Of a stretch of 64,000 nt of DNA, positions 18,001-28,194 are shown piece by piece. The stretch is taken from contig JAYTOU010000007.1 of assembly GCA_043747615.1 (NCBI GenBank), positions 1 through 64,000 of the forward strand. Direction: 5' to 3'. A program made the position numbers and the translations under genes. The first letter of the stretch is position 1, and each line of letters starts with the position of its first letter. The stretch is from Myxococcales bacterium (lineage in GTDB: Bacteria; Myxococcota_A; Polyangia; Polyangiales; Polyangiaceae). The notes beneath the pieces were generated by a model that worked only from the letters and a program-made list of their open reading frames with translations, did no database searches and was not told the origin of the DNA.

Positions 18001-19646
18001 CGGTTCGTCTTGTAGAGCCACCAACCTCCGCGGTGCTCGGAGAGCGACAGAGCGGCGGGCGTTTGCGGCGCAGTGCCCTCGGGACGTGTGCGGATGAGCA
18101 CGTGGCTCCAGTCTTCGAGCGCGTACGAGGACCATTCGATCCCGTGCATGTCGCTCGCAACGTACGTCGCGGGCAGGCGGAGCGAGGGATTTTGCTGCGT
18201 GGGGTAGAGTGCCGAGCCCTGATGAAACCAGATGTCACTCACTAGGATCGGCCGCTCGGCGAGGATGAGCTTGTCGTAATGCACGAAGGGGTGCGCAGTG
18301 AAAATGTTGCTGTTCGGGTCGAGTGGAAGGTTGAGCAGGTGGGCCTCGGCGGGGACGGCGGCGAGGATCTCGCGATAGCCCTTTGCCTCTGCCTGAAACC
18401 GATACGACGCGACGAGCATGAGCCCCGTCATCGTGAAGGCCACGACCGGAGCGCCCCTCTCGAACGCGATCTGCAAGGAGCGCCCGAGGGCCGGACGCCG
18501 GAGGCCGATCAAACAGAGAAAGAGGAAAAGCGGGACGAGGCGCCCGTCGACGAAGCCGAACCAGCCGATCTCGTGCGGGAGAACCACGAAGACAATCGCG
18601 ATGCAGCCCGCTCCCGCAAAAAGCGCTGCGCTGTGGCGCTTCGAGATCGACTCGGCCACCGGATCCGCCGACGAAGCCGGCATGCGGAGAGAACGAACCG
18701 TGGCCACGCCGGCGGCGAGCACGAACACCCAGATCACGCACCCGATGGTGAAATCGATCCCCGTTCGGGTCATCAGGGTGGGTGTGATGAGGAGAGAGAT
18801 TTTGTCGAGCGCGCTCTGAAAATGTGGCTCGAGCCCGTGATTGGAAATGGCCACCGAGCCCGCAGGAACGGCGGAGCCACGCTCGATCCACGCCACCCAC
18901 GCCGCGAGACCCACGGCCGGTGCGAGCGCCCGGAGGCGCAGAATGCGCGTGTGTCGCTTCCCGACGGCGAGCGTGGCGACGGCAGCGAGGATCAAAAAAA
19001 GGACGAACGCGTGCCCGTGCGCTACGAAGATGAGGGGCGCGTAGGCCAGAACAATCAGCTCTTTTTTCCGGGTATCTGGGGCATCGTCGTCGGCGGCCAC
19101 CATGAGCTCGAGCCAGAAGGTGAGGCCGACGAGCATGACCGCGACGCCGAGAAGGTAGCTCGCGAAACCGAAGAGGGTCATCAGCCCGAAAGAGAGCGTC
19201 ACCCCCAAAAAACCCACCGTGGGCGTGCCGTCTGCGTGCAGGCGCCGTCGTGCGAAGAGAAGCGCGAGAGGAGTGGCGACCATCGGCAACGACGCGAGCG
19301 CGCGCACGGTCGCGACTGGCCCCATCACCCGCACCAGCGCTTCACCGAGCAAGCGAAAGAGCGAATATGGACCGATGTGCGGGGCCAACACGAAGAAGCG
19401 CTGCTCGAAAGGTGAGTCGCCGAAGCGATGACGCATCGCGATCAGGCCAGCGTGGGCCGGGAGGTCTTGAAACGGAAGCGCGTCGAATACCCAGAAGACG
19501 AGGACTGCCAACAGCCCGACTACGCCGAGCCCCGCCCACACCCAGGAGACCGGATGCGCGCTCGGCCTCGCAACGTCGATCGAGGCCCCACTCGACTGTG
19601 AATCCGCGCCGAGTGCGGGGGAACGGGTGGATGCGTGTGTTGACAT
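17997..19646 (-). CDS. Polytopic membrane protein, possible GT-C glycosyltransferase
   Basis: ~10-12 TM segments, LPFQDLPAH after the first TM, soluble C-terminal domain. Confidence 0.55.
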   Translation of the reverse strand: MSTHASTRSPALGADSQSSGASIDVARPSAHPVSWVWAGLGVVGLLAVLVFWVFDALPFQDLPAHAGLIAMRHRFGDSPFEQRFFVLAPHIGPYSLFRLLGEALVRVMGPVATVRALASLPMVATPLALLFARRRLHADGTPTVGFLGVTLSFGLMTLFGFASYLLGVAVMLVGLTFWLELMVAADDDAPDTRKKELIVLAYAPLIFVAHGHAFVLFLILAAVATLAVGKRHTRILRLRALAPAVGLAAWVAWIERGSAVPAGSVAISNHGLEPHFQSALDKISLLITPTLMTRTGIDFTIGCVIWVFVLAAGVATVRSLRMPASSADPVAESISKRHSAALFAGAGCIAIVFVVLPHEIGWFGFVDGRLVPLFLFLCLIGLRRPALGRSLQIAFERGAPVVAFTMTGLMLVASYRFQAEAKGYREILAAVPAEAHLLNLPLDPNSNIFTAHPFVHYDKLILAERPILVSDIWFHQGSALYPTQQNPSLRLPATYVASDMHGIEWSSYALEDWSHVLIRTRPEGTAPQTPAALSLSEHRGGWWLYKTNR

Positions 19647-19673
19647 GCTCCTAAACGGCGCAAGTGTACTCTT

Positions 19674-21170
19674 CTAACGGCGGCGGTAGATCCACATTCC
19701 GTCGTCGCGCGACTGCAGATAAAACAGGCGATTCAGCGTCTCGTGGAGCTCGATGCCGTAGCACGTGGTCTCGACCATCTCTTCTGGGTCCGTCGGCGGA
19801 GGATGCTCAAGGATATCATTCGGGAGAACGAGACACGTCACCTCGGGGCGCTCGACGTCGGCCTTCCAGAGGGCGAGCGGAAATTTTCCGTGACGGACGA
19901 GGTACGTCGTCTGAAACGGAGTGGCCACCACGCGGCCGTTCAATGCCATCTCGACACCGGGATCGCCTGCGACGACCACGTCGGTCGTCGACGTCTTGCA
20001 TAGGCCCCGCACGCGCGCGATCGCCCTGACGCTTGCATCGTCCCGCGCGAGTGTTTCCTTCGCGAGAATCACGCTCGCCGCCGCCGAGGCGATCGCGAAG
20101 GCCGCACCGGCTACAGAGAGAACCACCCTCGCGATCCGCGATGGATCAGGGAGAGGCGCATACGCGAGGACTACCAACATGGCGACGCTCGGCTCTCCCC
20201 AGTAGTTCACCGCACTCCCGCTCTTCGCCATTGAGAAGCTCGTCCACACCAAGCTGGAGACGAGCGCCACGAACGCGATCGCAATCCCCGGAGTCCGCCG
20301 CGCCCTCCATGCACACCATCCAGCGCACGCGTGCGGGAGGCCTAAAAACGCGATGCGCGAGAAGAATTGCTCGAGCCACCGGGAGAGACTGAGGGCTTGC
20401 GCCGTGGAGCGAACCAGGTGCGAGATCCATGTGCCGTGACTCATGTGCTCCACCCACGCAGCGCACACGACGCTCGCGACGAGACCGCTGGCGATCACCC
20501 GCCACGCCTGGAAGCGCTGGACGATCACGGCATACGCAACGACGCCCGCTCCGATGGAGAGCACATTCGGCTTGAACCACGCGCCGAGCGCGAAGAGCGC
20601 GCCACAAATCGCGTCCACCTCGTTGCGACGAACGCTGCGCTCGAGGGCGATGCCCGCGAACACCACGGCGATGGCGTCGGGCCTCAGCGTCGCCATCCCT
20701 CGCGCGAGCATGCAAATGCCCGCCAGGTAAAACCCTGCGGTGAACGCCACAGTGCGATTGGCGGGACGCGCCCGCGAGGCGAGCCACGCGATGAGACCGA
20801 GCCACACCGTGCTGACGAGCGCGCGCCCAAGTGTGCCAGCCACTGGCGCGGGTGCGAGCGCCAGGATCCACGAAAAAAAAGGCGGATACAGCACGTAATA
20901 GCGCGCGGGTACCGGACCATAGTCGCGCGCACCGACGAGCGGATCGACGTAGAGCGCGAGACCATCTCGGAGGCGCGACGCTTCGAAGACGAGCAGTCCC
21001 TCCACCACGCCGAGAGGCCGCGAAAAAATGTGTGCGTACGAGAACGCAAGCGACGCCACACACGCGATCCCGAGCGCCACGAGCATCACCACTCGCGACG
21101 CCCGCAGCACTGCCAGATCCATCACCTGCCGAGGGTACGCCTCGCTTGCTGGTCCATCACCCTGGGACAC
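19674..21170 (-). CDS. Polytopic membrane protein, possible GT-C glycosyltransferase
   Basis: EG after first TM, YPP, RPD, FKPN motifs; many TM helices. Confidence 0.6.
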   Translation of the reverse strand: MSQGDGPASEAYPRQVMDLAVLRASRVVMLVALGIACVASLAFSYAHIFSRPLGVVEGLLVFEASRLRDGLALYVDPLVGARDYGPVPARYYVLYPPFFSWILALAPAPVAGTLGRALVSTVWLGLIAWLASRARPANRTVAFTAGFYLAGICMLARGMATLRPDAIAVVFAGIALERSVRRNEVDAICGALFALGAWFKPNVLSIGAGVVAYAVIVQRFQAWRVIASGLVASVVCAAWVEHMSHGTWISHLVRSTAQALSLSRWLEQFFSRIAFLGLPHACAGWCAWRARRTPGIAIAFVALVSSLVWTSFSMAKSGSAVNYWGEPSVAMLVVLAYAPLPDPSRIARVVLSVAGAAFAIASAAASVILAKETLARDDASVRAIARVRGLCKTSTTDVVVAGDPGVEMALNGRVVATPFQTTYLVRHGKFPLALWKADVERPEVTCLVLPNDILEHPPPTDPEEMVETTCYGIELHETLNRLFYLQSRDDGMWIYRRR

Positions 21171-21284
21171 AGAACCACCATGAGATCACGAAGCGGAGCC
21201 GCGGCCCTGACGAATCGCGTGGGAGAGACCGCGTTTTCGCGACGAAGTCTTATGTAGGCAAATAGGCGCGGTCTGCAAACTTCA

Positions 21285-21301
21285 GGGGCTCCTAATTTGC
21301 A
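21285..21301 (+). promoter_or_regulatory. Sigma-54 promoter candidate
   Basis: GGGGCTCCTAATTTGCA (GG-N10-GC with TTGCA); ATG at 21314. Confidence 0.45.
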
Positions 21302-21313
21302 AAGCGGTGGATC

Positions 21314-22381
21314 ATGAACACGCTCTCGCTCGTTTCGCTCCTCTCGGCCGCGACTCTCTTCGCCTGCTCGTCTCCGACCGGCGGACCGACGGAGCCTTGG
21401 ACCCAGAATGGGCCAGGCGGCAACGCAGCAGCGGCTCCTGGCGCGGGAACGGATGGCGGAACTCCGGCGACGGGTGGGAACGATGGTGGCAACGTGGTTC
21501 CCCCGGGCGCAACGCAGATCACGAGCGACGAAACGTGGGCCACCGGGAAAAAGATCAACGCCTCCGTGGTGGTCAACGCGGGCGTCACGGTCACGATCGC
21601 ACCCGGTGCCGTGATCACCTGCGCATCGGGCGTGAGCATCAGCGTGAGGGGCAGCCTCAAGGCGAGCAGCGTCGCGACGCACGCCAAGCTCACCGGCACG
21701 GGCTGGACCGGCATCCTCGTGGTCAGCGGTGGAAATCTCCTCCTCGACGGCGTCGACATCGCCGGCGCATCGACGTCAATCGAGTCGGCAGGAATGGCCA
21801 CCTTCGATCACGGAGCGCTCACCGGAGCGGCGACGCCGTTCCTCGTGGACGTCGGCGGTAAGATCTCGACGACGCACTCGTCTGTCGCCAGCATCCTCGG
21901 CAACTCCACGATCAAGGGAGCGTTCGTCGCCTCCTACCTCGACTACGACAAGGGCGCGAACGAAGGAATTCTCGCGCAGGATCCCTCGGCGACGATCTCC
22001 ATCGACGACTCGATCTTGCACGGCAGCAACGGTGGCGATTTCGTCGTCTCGCAGTCCGGCACCTCTATTCACGTCGGGCACACGACCATCAGCGGTGCGC
22101 ACTGCGGCCTTCACTTCGACTCGGTGGGCAAGTTCGACGTCACCTACGTGACCGACGACACGAATTCCTGGGGAGCGATGCTGTACGGCTCCGGCAACGG
22201 GCCGAACTCGATTACCTATTCGAACTTCGCCAACGGCAGCAAGGACATCGATCTCCAGGGATCGAACGGCGCGCTCATGCTGGATCACGTCTATACCGGC
22301 GGAAAAAATAGCTACGTCGGCAGCAGCCCGACGATCACCCACGTCGAGGTAGCTCCCGTCGCGTTGGCCCACCCGCGCTGA
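21314..22381 (+). CDS. Lipoprotein with probable right-handed beta-helix
   Basis: Lipobox TLFAC, V.V.AGVTVTIAPGA, WTGILV, Gly/Ser/Asn-rich beta-coil repeats. Confidence 0.65.
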   Translation: MNTLSLVSLLSAATLFACSSPTGGPTEPWTQNGPGGNAAAAPGAGTDGGTPATGGNDGGNVVPPGATQITSDETWATGKKINASVVVNAGVTVTIAPGAVITCASGVSISVRGSLKASSVATHAKLTGTGWTGILVVSGGNLLLDGVDIAGASTSIESAGMATFDHGALTGAATPFLVDVGGKISTTHSSVASILGNSTIKGAFVASYLDYDKGANEGILAQDPSATISIDDSILHGSNGGDFVVSQSGTSIHVGHTTISGAHCGLHFDSVGKFDVTYVTDDTNSWGAMLYGSGNGPNSITYSNFANGSKDIDLQGSNGALMLDHVYTGGKNSYVGSSPTITHVEVAPVALAHPR

Positions 22382-22589
22382 GCCGCAGGCTCAAACGGAT
22401 TTTAGGTCGCCAGCTCCTGCGCCGTCGGAGCGACATTTCCTTCATCGGCCTGGCGCCCATCGACCTTCGAGCGAGGCGACCGCAGAAAGCGAGTGGGACC
22501 AACACCAAATGCATCTGCCTATCGCGCGCAAATTCATTTGCAGCGATTTTCAGCAGGGTCACGGAGCGGTCGCCTACTATCTGCGGCCC

Positions 22590-23339
22590 ATGCCGTCATC
22601 GTCGCGCCTCATCACCATTCCATTCAGTCACTACTGCGAAAAGGCACGCTGGGCGGGCGATCACCTTCACGCGCCCTATGTCGAAGAGCCGCACATTCCA
22701 GGCGGCCACCTTCGCGCCGTCAACAAGGTAGGGGGCAAGACGGTTCCGGTGCTCGTCACGGAAGCAGAGACGTTCACCGACTCGACGGAAATCTTGCACC
22801 ACTTCGATCGCGCGGTGCCTCCGGAGAAGCGTCTTTTCCCGGTGGATCCTGGCGAATACGCGGACGTCGCAGCCTTCGAGGAGAGCTTCGACGCTGACCT
22901 CGGACCGGCCACGAGACTCCTCGTCTACCACCACGGTCTGAGCGATCAGGGCATGCTGGTTCGCGTCGTTTCTCCTTCCCTCACGCGGCTCCAGCGCGTG
23001 GCGTTCCGCGCCCTTCTCGTGCCGCTCGCTCCGCAACTGCGAAAGTTCTATCGCATCGACGATCACACCGCGGCCAAAGCGGTCACCACGGTGCGCGGCA
23101 TTTTCGAGCGGGTAGGGGCGGCGCTCGCCGACGGTCGCGAGTTCCTCGTTGGCTCCCGTTTCACGGCCGCGGATCTGACCTTCGCGGCGCTTGCGGCTCC
23201 GGTCCTGATGCCACCTAAGCACCCTTCGTTCGGCTCCAACCTGGACGACGCGCCAGGCGCGCTGCGCGAGCTCATGACGTCGCTGCGGGCAACTCCCGCG
23301 GGAGCCTACGTGCTGCGCATGTACCGCGAGCACCGTTGA
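22590..23339 (+). CDS. Glutathione S-transferase family protein
   Basis: SHYCEKARWA, TVPVL, DSTEIL, DGREFLVGSRFTAADLTFAAL. Confidence 0.9.
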   Translation: MPSSSRLITIPFSHYCEKARWAGDHLHAPYVEEPHIPGGHLRAVNKVGGKTVPVLVTEAETFTDSTEILHHFDRAVPPEKRLFPVDPGEYADVAAFEESFDADLGPATRLLVYHHGLSDQGMLVRVVSPSLTRLQRVAFRALLVPLAPQLRKFYRIDDHTAAKAVTTVRGIFERVGAALADGREFLVGSRFTAADLTFAALAAPVLMPPKHPSFGSNLDDAPGALRELMTSLRATPAGAYVLRMYREHR

Positions 23340-24124
23340 CGCTCCTTCACCAGAGCGCATCGGCGATGGTGTTCGAAATCGCCCGCTCCGACGGCTCCGG
23401 TGGATCGCAGTCATGCGTGTGCAAGCGGCTCTCGCCACGCATGGTGCGGGAAGAACAAGCGCAGCAGGCTATCCGGCATGAAGCCCGCGCTCTTCAGGCG
23501 CTCGCGGGTCGCGGAGCTCCGAGCTGGATCGCCGATGGCGACGACGAGCGTGGCCCTTTCGTAGTGATGGAGCGCATCCCCTTCCCGTCCCTCGCCGCTC
23601 GAACGGATCGCTGCGATCGGGCGTTCCTCGATCGCGCCACGCGCAGCGCTTTTCTCAGCCTGGCCCTCATTCATGAAGCGAGCGACGAGCGAGGCTGGCT
23701 AGCAATGGTTCATGGCGATCTCAGTCCGAGCAATCTTTTGGTGTCCTCGAGCGGAGAGGAGACGCGCCTGATCGATTTTGGTCTCGCCTCGTGGCGTGAC
23801 GCGCAGCGAGAAGCGGGCGGAGCGTTTCGAGGGACTCTCCTCTACGCGGCGCCCGAGGTTGCTCGAGGGGAAGCCTTCGACGCACGCGCCGATCTCTTCG
23901 CGCTCGCCGCATCGCTCGCCCACGCCGCCCTCGGCGCACCTCTTCGAACGAGCTCGACCTCCGCTGCGCTCCTGGCCGAGGCTGCCGAAAAGCCGATTGA
24001 CCCACTCCTTCTCGAAGGCCACTTTTCGCCTGATATTTTGGAGTTCTTGTGTTCTTGCTTGGCGTTCGATCGCGAAGACCGACCTCGCGGCGTGCCGACC
24101 ACTGAGGTAGAGGAGCGGACATGA
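23336..24124 (+). CDS. Minimal Ser/Thr kinase-domain protein
   Basis: VCKRL, HGDLSPSN, LIDFG, GTLLYAAPE, ADLFALA; Gly-rich loop not evident. Confidence 0.75.
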   Translation: MTLLHQSASAMVFEIARSDGSGGSQSCVCKRLSPRMVREEQAQQAIRHEARALQALAGRGAPSWIADGDDERGPFVVMERIPFPSLAARTDRCDRAFLDRATRSAFLSLALIHEASDERGWLAMVHGDLSPSNLLVSSSGEETRLIDFGLASWRDAQREAGGAFRGTLLYAAPEVARGEAFDARADLFALAASLAHAALGAPLRTSSTSAALLAEAAEKPIDPLLLEGHFSPDILEFLCSCLAFDREDRPRGVPTTEVEERT

Positions 24125-25284
24125 AAAGCGACAAGCTCGGGATCGATACGCTGTGCGTTCACGCTGGCCAGTCGCCGGATCCGGTGTCCGGCGCCGTGAT
24201 GACCCCGATCGTCCTTTCGAGCACCTTCGCCCAAGACGGACCTGGGGTGCACAAGGGCTACGACTACTCCCGCGCCGGAAACCCCACGCGCGATGCGCTC
24301 GAAGGTTGCCTCGCCGCGCTCGAGGGCGGCAAGCACGGGCTGGCATTCGCGAGCGGCTGTGCAGCCACGACCAGCATTCTCCTGATGCTCAAGAGCGGCG
24401 ATCACGTGCTCGTGGGCGACGACGTCTACGGCGGCACGTTTCGGATTTTCGACAAAGTGATGAAGCAGTTCGGTATCGAAGCCACCTTCCTCGATATGTC
24501 CGATCCGGCGCGAGTGCGCGCGGCGGTGCGCCCTCAGACGCGCATGATCTGGCTGGAAACGCCATCGAATCCAATGCTGAAGATCTTCGACATCGCCGCT
24601 CTTGCCGAGGTCGCGCGCGCCTCGAACCTTTGGCTCGCCGTCGACAACACGTTTGCCACGCCCATCCTTCAGCGACCGCTCGATCTCGGCGCGACGTTCG
24701 CGGTGCACTCGACGACGAAATACCTGAACGGTCACTCCGACGTGGTCGGCGGTGCGGTGATGACGAGCGACGATGCGCTCGCGGAGCGGCTTCGTTTCGT
24801 CCAGAAGGCGGCAGGCGCGGTGCCGGGCCCGTTCGATTGTTACCTCGTCCTCCGTGGACTGAAGACCCTCGCCGTGCGGATGAGACAGCACGTGAAGAGC
24901 GCCGGGAATCTAGCGGAGTGGCTGTCCCAACATGCGCAGGTAGCGAAGGTCTACTACCCGGGACTCGCTTCCCACATGGGACACGCAGTTGCAGCAAAGC
25001 AGATGAGCGCGCCGGGCGGGATGATCAGCTTCGAGCTCAAAGGAGGCCTCAGTGCGTCGACCGCGTTCTTGCGCGCGTGCCGCATTTTCGCCTGCGCGGA
25101 GAGCCTGGGCGGAGTCGAATCTCTCGCGGAGCATCCGGCAATCATGACCCACGCAAGCCTTGAGCCTGAGGCGCGCCGCGCGCTCGGGATCGGCGACGGT
25201 CTTTTGCGACTGTCCGTTGGCCTGGAGGACGTCGAGGATCTGCGTGGAGACCTGGAACGTGGATTTTCTGCGGCAAGCTCGTAG
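24121..25284 (+). CDS. Cystathionine gamma-synthase/gamma-lyase (PLP-dependent)
   Basis: YSRAGNPTR, ETPSNP, VDNTF, HSTTKYLNGHSD (PLP Lys), AESLGGVESL. Confidence 0.93.
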   Translation: MKSDKLGIDTLCVHAGQSPDPVSGAVMTPIVLSSTFAQDGPGVHKGYDYSRAGNPTRDALEGCLAALEGGKHGLAFASGCAATTSILLMLKSGDHVLVGDDVYGGTFRIFDKVMKQFGIEATFLDMSDPARVRAAVRPQTRMIWLETPSNPMLKIFDIAALAEVARASNLWLAVDNTFATPILQRPLDLGATFAVHSTTKYLNGHSDVVGGAVMTSDDALAERLRFVQKAAGAVPGPFDCYLVLRGLKTLAVRMRQHVKSAGNLAEWLSQHAQVAKVYYPGLASHMGHAVAAKQMSAPGGMISFELKGGLSASTAFLRACRIFACAESLGGVESLAEHPAIMTHASLEPEARRALGIGDGLLRLSVGLEDVEDLRGDLERGFSAASS

Positions 25285-25294
25285 ACTGGCTCAC

Positions 25295-25885
25295 ATGATC
25301 TTACTGAAGAGCGCAGCGCTGGTGGCAGTCGTTGGACTTGGCATCTTCCCCAGCGTGGTTGCGGGTTGCTCCTCTCCGGCACCTGCCACCCCGCGCGTCG
25401 CGATCACGTCGCAGCTCGGCAGCGGCGGCATGTCGGGCATCAACGACCAAATGAAGTGTCAGCTCCCGACAGAGCCTTGGGTGAACATCGGCGACAACAC
25501 CCACCCCGTGAGCGACGGCGATCAACAGGGCGGCTCGAACGTGAACGTCAGCTGCTCGGTCACGGCCTCCGGCGACGGATTCAACGTCAGCGCGAACGCC
25601 GTACTTCAGGGTCAGGGAAGCGTGACAATCAGCGGTCACTTCGTCGGCATGGCGAGCGCTCCTCCGCCGATGCAGATGGGCATCACCGCGGTCTTCTCCA
25701 AAGGAGACACCGGCTCTTTCCGCGACACTGCGTGCACCGTGGATTTCTCGAGCAACGACAAGATGGGCTTCGCACCCGGCCGCGTGTGGGGCCAGATCAC
25801 CTGCCCGACGGCGTCGTTCGAATCACAGGGCCGCACGTGCAAAGGCTTCGCGGAGTTTCGCTTCGAAAACTGCGGCGGAACCTGA
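25295..25885 (+). CDS. Hypothetical lipoprotein
   Basis: Lipobox VVAGC; beta-rich with paired Cys; ends FRFENC. Confidence 0.7.
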   Translation: MILLKSAALVAVVGLGIFPSVVAGCSSPAPATPRVAITSQLGSGGMSGINDQMKCQLPTEPWVNIGDNTHPVSDGDQQGGSNVNVSCSVTASGDGFNVSANAVLQGQGSVTISGHFVGMASAPPPMQMGITAVFSKGDTGSFRDTACTVDFSSNDKMGFAPGRVWGQITCPTASFESQGRTCKGFAEFRFENCGGT

Positions 25886-25894
25886 TCGCCTCGC

Positions 25895-26398
25895 CTAGTT
25901 GCTGCCTTCGGCGATCGACTGAAGGATCCCGCGGACCTCTTCGCCTACTTCGAACTCGGGGTTCGTCTCGAGGAACGCTTCGAGGTATTTGGTAGCGGCA
26001 ACGGTGTCCCCGCGCGCGTGGTAGGCGAGGCCAACGGCGTGCATTGCGTCGCCGTCTTCGGGTGAGGTCGAGAGGGCCTGGAGACCTTCTTTGATCGCGC
26101 CGCGAAGATCCCCGAGGGAGCGGAGCACGTGCGACAGAGCGACGCGCGCGCCGAGGTACTCGGGTGCGAGACGGAGGCACGCTTGGTAGGCGTCGCGCGC
26201 GGCCTCGAGCTCGCCCGATTCGAAGAGTGCGACCCCCAAGAAATGAAACGCGTAGTGATTCTGCGCATCGCGCGTGATGACCTCGCGCAGCTCGAGGAGA
26301 GCGTCGTGAAAGCGTTCTTCGTGGAGGAGCTCGGTCGCCTCTTCCACGGCATCCCACATCTCGGCGTCGGCCGGATTTTCGGAGCGCACTTCGCTCAC
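25895..26398 (-). CDS. Tetratricopeptide repeat protein
   Basis: Repeated A..LG.A....G....A...Y...L...P helices. Confidence 0.85.
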   Translation of the reverse strand: MSEVRSENPADAEMWDAVEEATELLHEERFHDALLELREVITRDAQNHYAFHFLGVALFESGELEAARDAYQACLRLAPEYLGARVALSHVLRSLGDLRGAIKEGLQALSTSPEDGDAMHAVGLAYHARGDTVAATKYLEAFLETNPEFEVGEEVRGILQSIAEGSN

Positions 26399-26838
26399 GA
26401 GCGGGCCGCCAGATCGCGACCGCGGGGAGGCTGGCTAAAGGCGGTTCGAACGCCGTCGGGAATCCGCGTGGGCCTGCCAGTGACGACGTCGATGAAACCC
26501 CAGGTCGTCGCGGCTTTGGCCATGAACGTTCCGTCGTCCTTGATGACCTCGGTCATCCGCACTGTCTTGGCTGCAGCGGCGCTGTGGACCCACGTTCGCA
26601 CCGCGAGCACGTCGCCGCGTAACGCTGAACGCAGATAGTCGATTTCGTGACGGCGGATGACGAAGATGGCCCCGAGGCGTTGGTAGGCGGCAAAGTCGAA
26701 CCCGACCGAGTTCGAGTGGGCCACGGACACCTCTTGGATCCAGCGAACCACGGAAATATTGCTGGCGTGACCGAGGTAGTCGATGTCCTCCGCGGTTACA
26801 TCGTACCGATGCTCAAAGACATTCTCTTGCACCCACAT
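26395..26838 (-). CDS. Acyl-CoA thioesterase (4HBT hotdog family)
   Basis: EDIDYLGHASN, VIRRHEIDY, TGRPTRIP. Confidence 0.88.
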   Translation of the reverse strand: MWVQENVFEHRYDVTAEDIDYLGHASNISVVRWIQEVSVAHSNSVGFDFAAYQRLGAIFVIRRHEIDYLRSALRGDVLAVRTWVHSAAAAKTVRMTEVIKDDGTFMAKAATTWGFIDVVTGRPTRIPDGVRTAFSQPPRGRDLAARS

Positions 26839-26891
26839 TGTATACGGCGAAAAGTGGCCAGACGCGCACGGAATATGCTTCTAGTCCTTCC

Positions 26892-27602
26892 ATGAATCGC
26901 CGAGCGACGTGGCCGGCTTTTGAACACAGCCGCATTGAGACGCTCGCCACGCTGCGCGAAGCGGTGCTCCTCCCGCGCGACTTCGCTCCCGTTCTGCCCA
27001 AAGTGCATGCGGGCGAGGACGTCGTCGTCCTGGTGCATGGGTTCTTCGCGAGCGCCGGCGTGTTCCGCCCCATGCGAAAGCACCTCGAGCAGAACGCCGG
27101 CGCGCGCGTCGCGAGCTTCACGCATCTTCCCGGAGCTGGAGTGCGCCGCATCGCGCTCAGCCTGGCGAAAGTGATTGACCGCATTCCACACGGCGCTCGG
27201 ATCCATATCGTCGGGCACAGCCTCGGCGGTCTCGTTGCTCGCTGGTATGTGCAGGAGCTCGGTGGCTACGCGCGGGTCGCCCAGACCATCTCTCTTGCTA
27301 GCCCGTTCGGGGGCACGCCTGCGGCAAAGCGTTTCCCCTGGTTGGTCGGCGCCGATCTACTTGCGTCGAGCCCGGTCCTCGAAACGCTGCGGAGCCGCGC
27401 CCGCGTGGACGTTCCGCACACTTCCATCGTCGGCACTCACGATCGCCTGGTCCCCCCAAAGGACGGCACCTTCGTCCACGGCGAGGTGGTTCTGCTTCAC
27501 GGCCGCGGTCACAACGCGCTCCTCTTCGACAGCGAGGTGAGTCGCATTCTCGTCGAGCGGATTCGTCGCTTGCCCACGAACAGAGCGACAGACGCTGCTT
27601 AA
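26892..27602 (+). CDS. Alpha/beta hydrolase (lipase/esterase)
   Basis: VLVHG, GHSLGG nucleophile elbow, ASPFGG, GH..LL. Confidence 0.88.
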   Translation: MNRRATWPAFEHSRIETLATLREAVLLPRDFAPVLPKVHAGEDVVVLVHGFFASAGVFRPMRKHLEQNAGARVASFTHLPGAGVRRIALSLAKVIDRIPHGARIHIVGHSLGGLVARWYVQELGGYARVAQTISLASPFGGTPAAKRFPWLVGADLLASSPVLETLRSRARVDVPHTSIVGTHDRLVPPKDGTFVHGEVVLLHGRGHNALLFDSEVSRILVERIRRLPTNRATDAA

Positions 27603-27620
27603 ACGTGGTAGGCCCGCCCC

Positions 27621-28184
27621 GTGCGCCGGCTCCATCTTTCAATTCTCGGCTTCGTTTCGACGATGGCGTTCGGCGGGACGGCACGCGCAGACACGACATC
27701 GTGGCTCGCGATCGGCCCTGGCTACGCCATCGAACGCAACTCCTTCGACAGCACGGGTAGACGCGCCGCCACGTTGAGCATGTCGCTCGGCGTCGGCAGC
27801 TCACCGAAGGCAAAGTTCGTCGTGGGCGGGCTCGTCCGCACCGTTACCTATTTCTCGCTCGGGACCGATCTTGGTCTTGCGGCGCGCGTCACCACGGGCG
27901 GATTCGCGCGCGGAGACTGGGGTCTGGCTGTCGATGCAGGCGTCGTCGCCCGAACGTGGGAAGGCGGCAATTTCGGTCGTTTCCCGCTTCAGCCGGTGGT
28001 GACTCTCGGCGCGCCGTGGGGCCTCCAGCTCGGACTCGGCGCGCAGCTGTGGAACCTCTCCGGTGCTCCCTTTGCCACCGGTGGATTCGCCGTAGTGGAA
28101 TTGGATTTCTTGCGACTCACGCTCATGCGCCAAGGCAGCACCGACGCGATGTGGTTCAACGCGTCACCCGCCGGCGGCCGCTAA
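27621..28184 (+). CDS. Hypothetical secreted/outer-membrane protein
   Basis: Signal peptide (ARA-D), amphipathic beta strands. Confidence 0.6.
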   Translation: MRRLHLSILGFVSTMAFGGTARADTTSWLAIGPGYAIERNSFDSTGRRAATLSMSLGVGSSPKAKFVVGGLVRTVTYFSLGTDLGLAARVTTGGFARGDWGLAVDAGVVARTWEGGNFGRFPLQPVVTLGAPWGLQLGLGAQLWNLSGAPFATGGFAVVELDFLRLTLMRQGSTDAMWFNASPAGGR

Positions 28185-28194
28185 AGGCGCTCGC

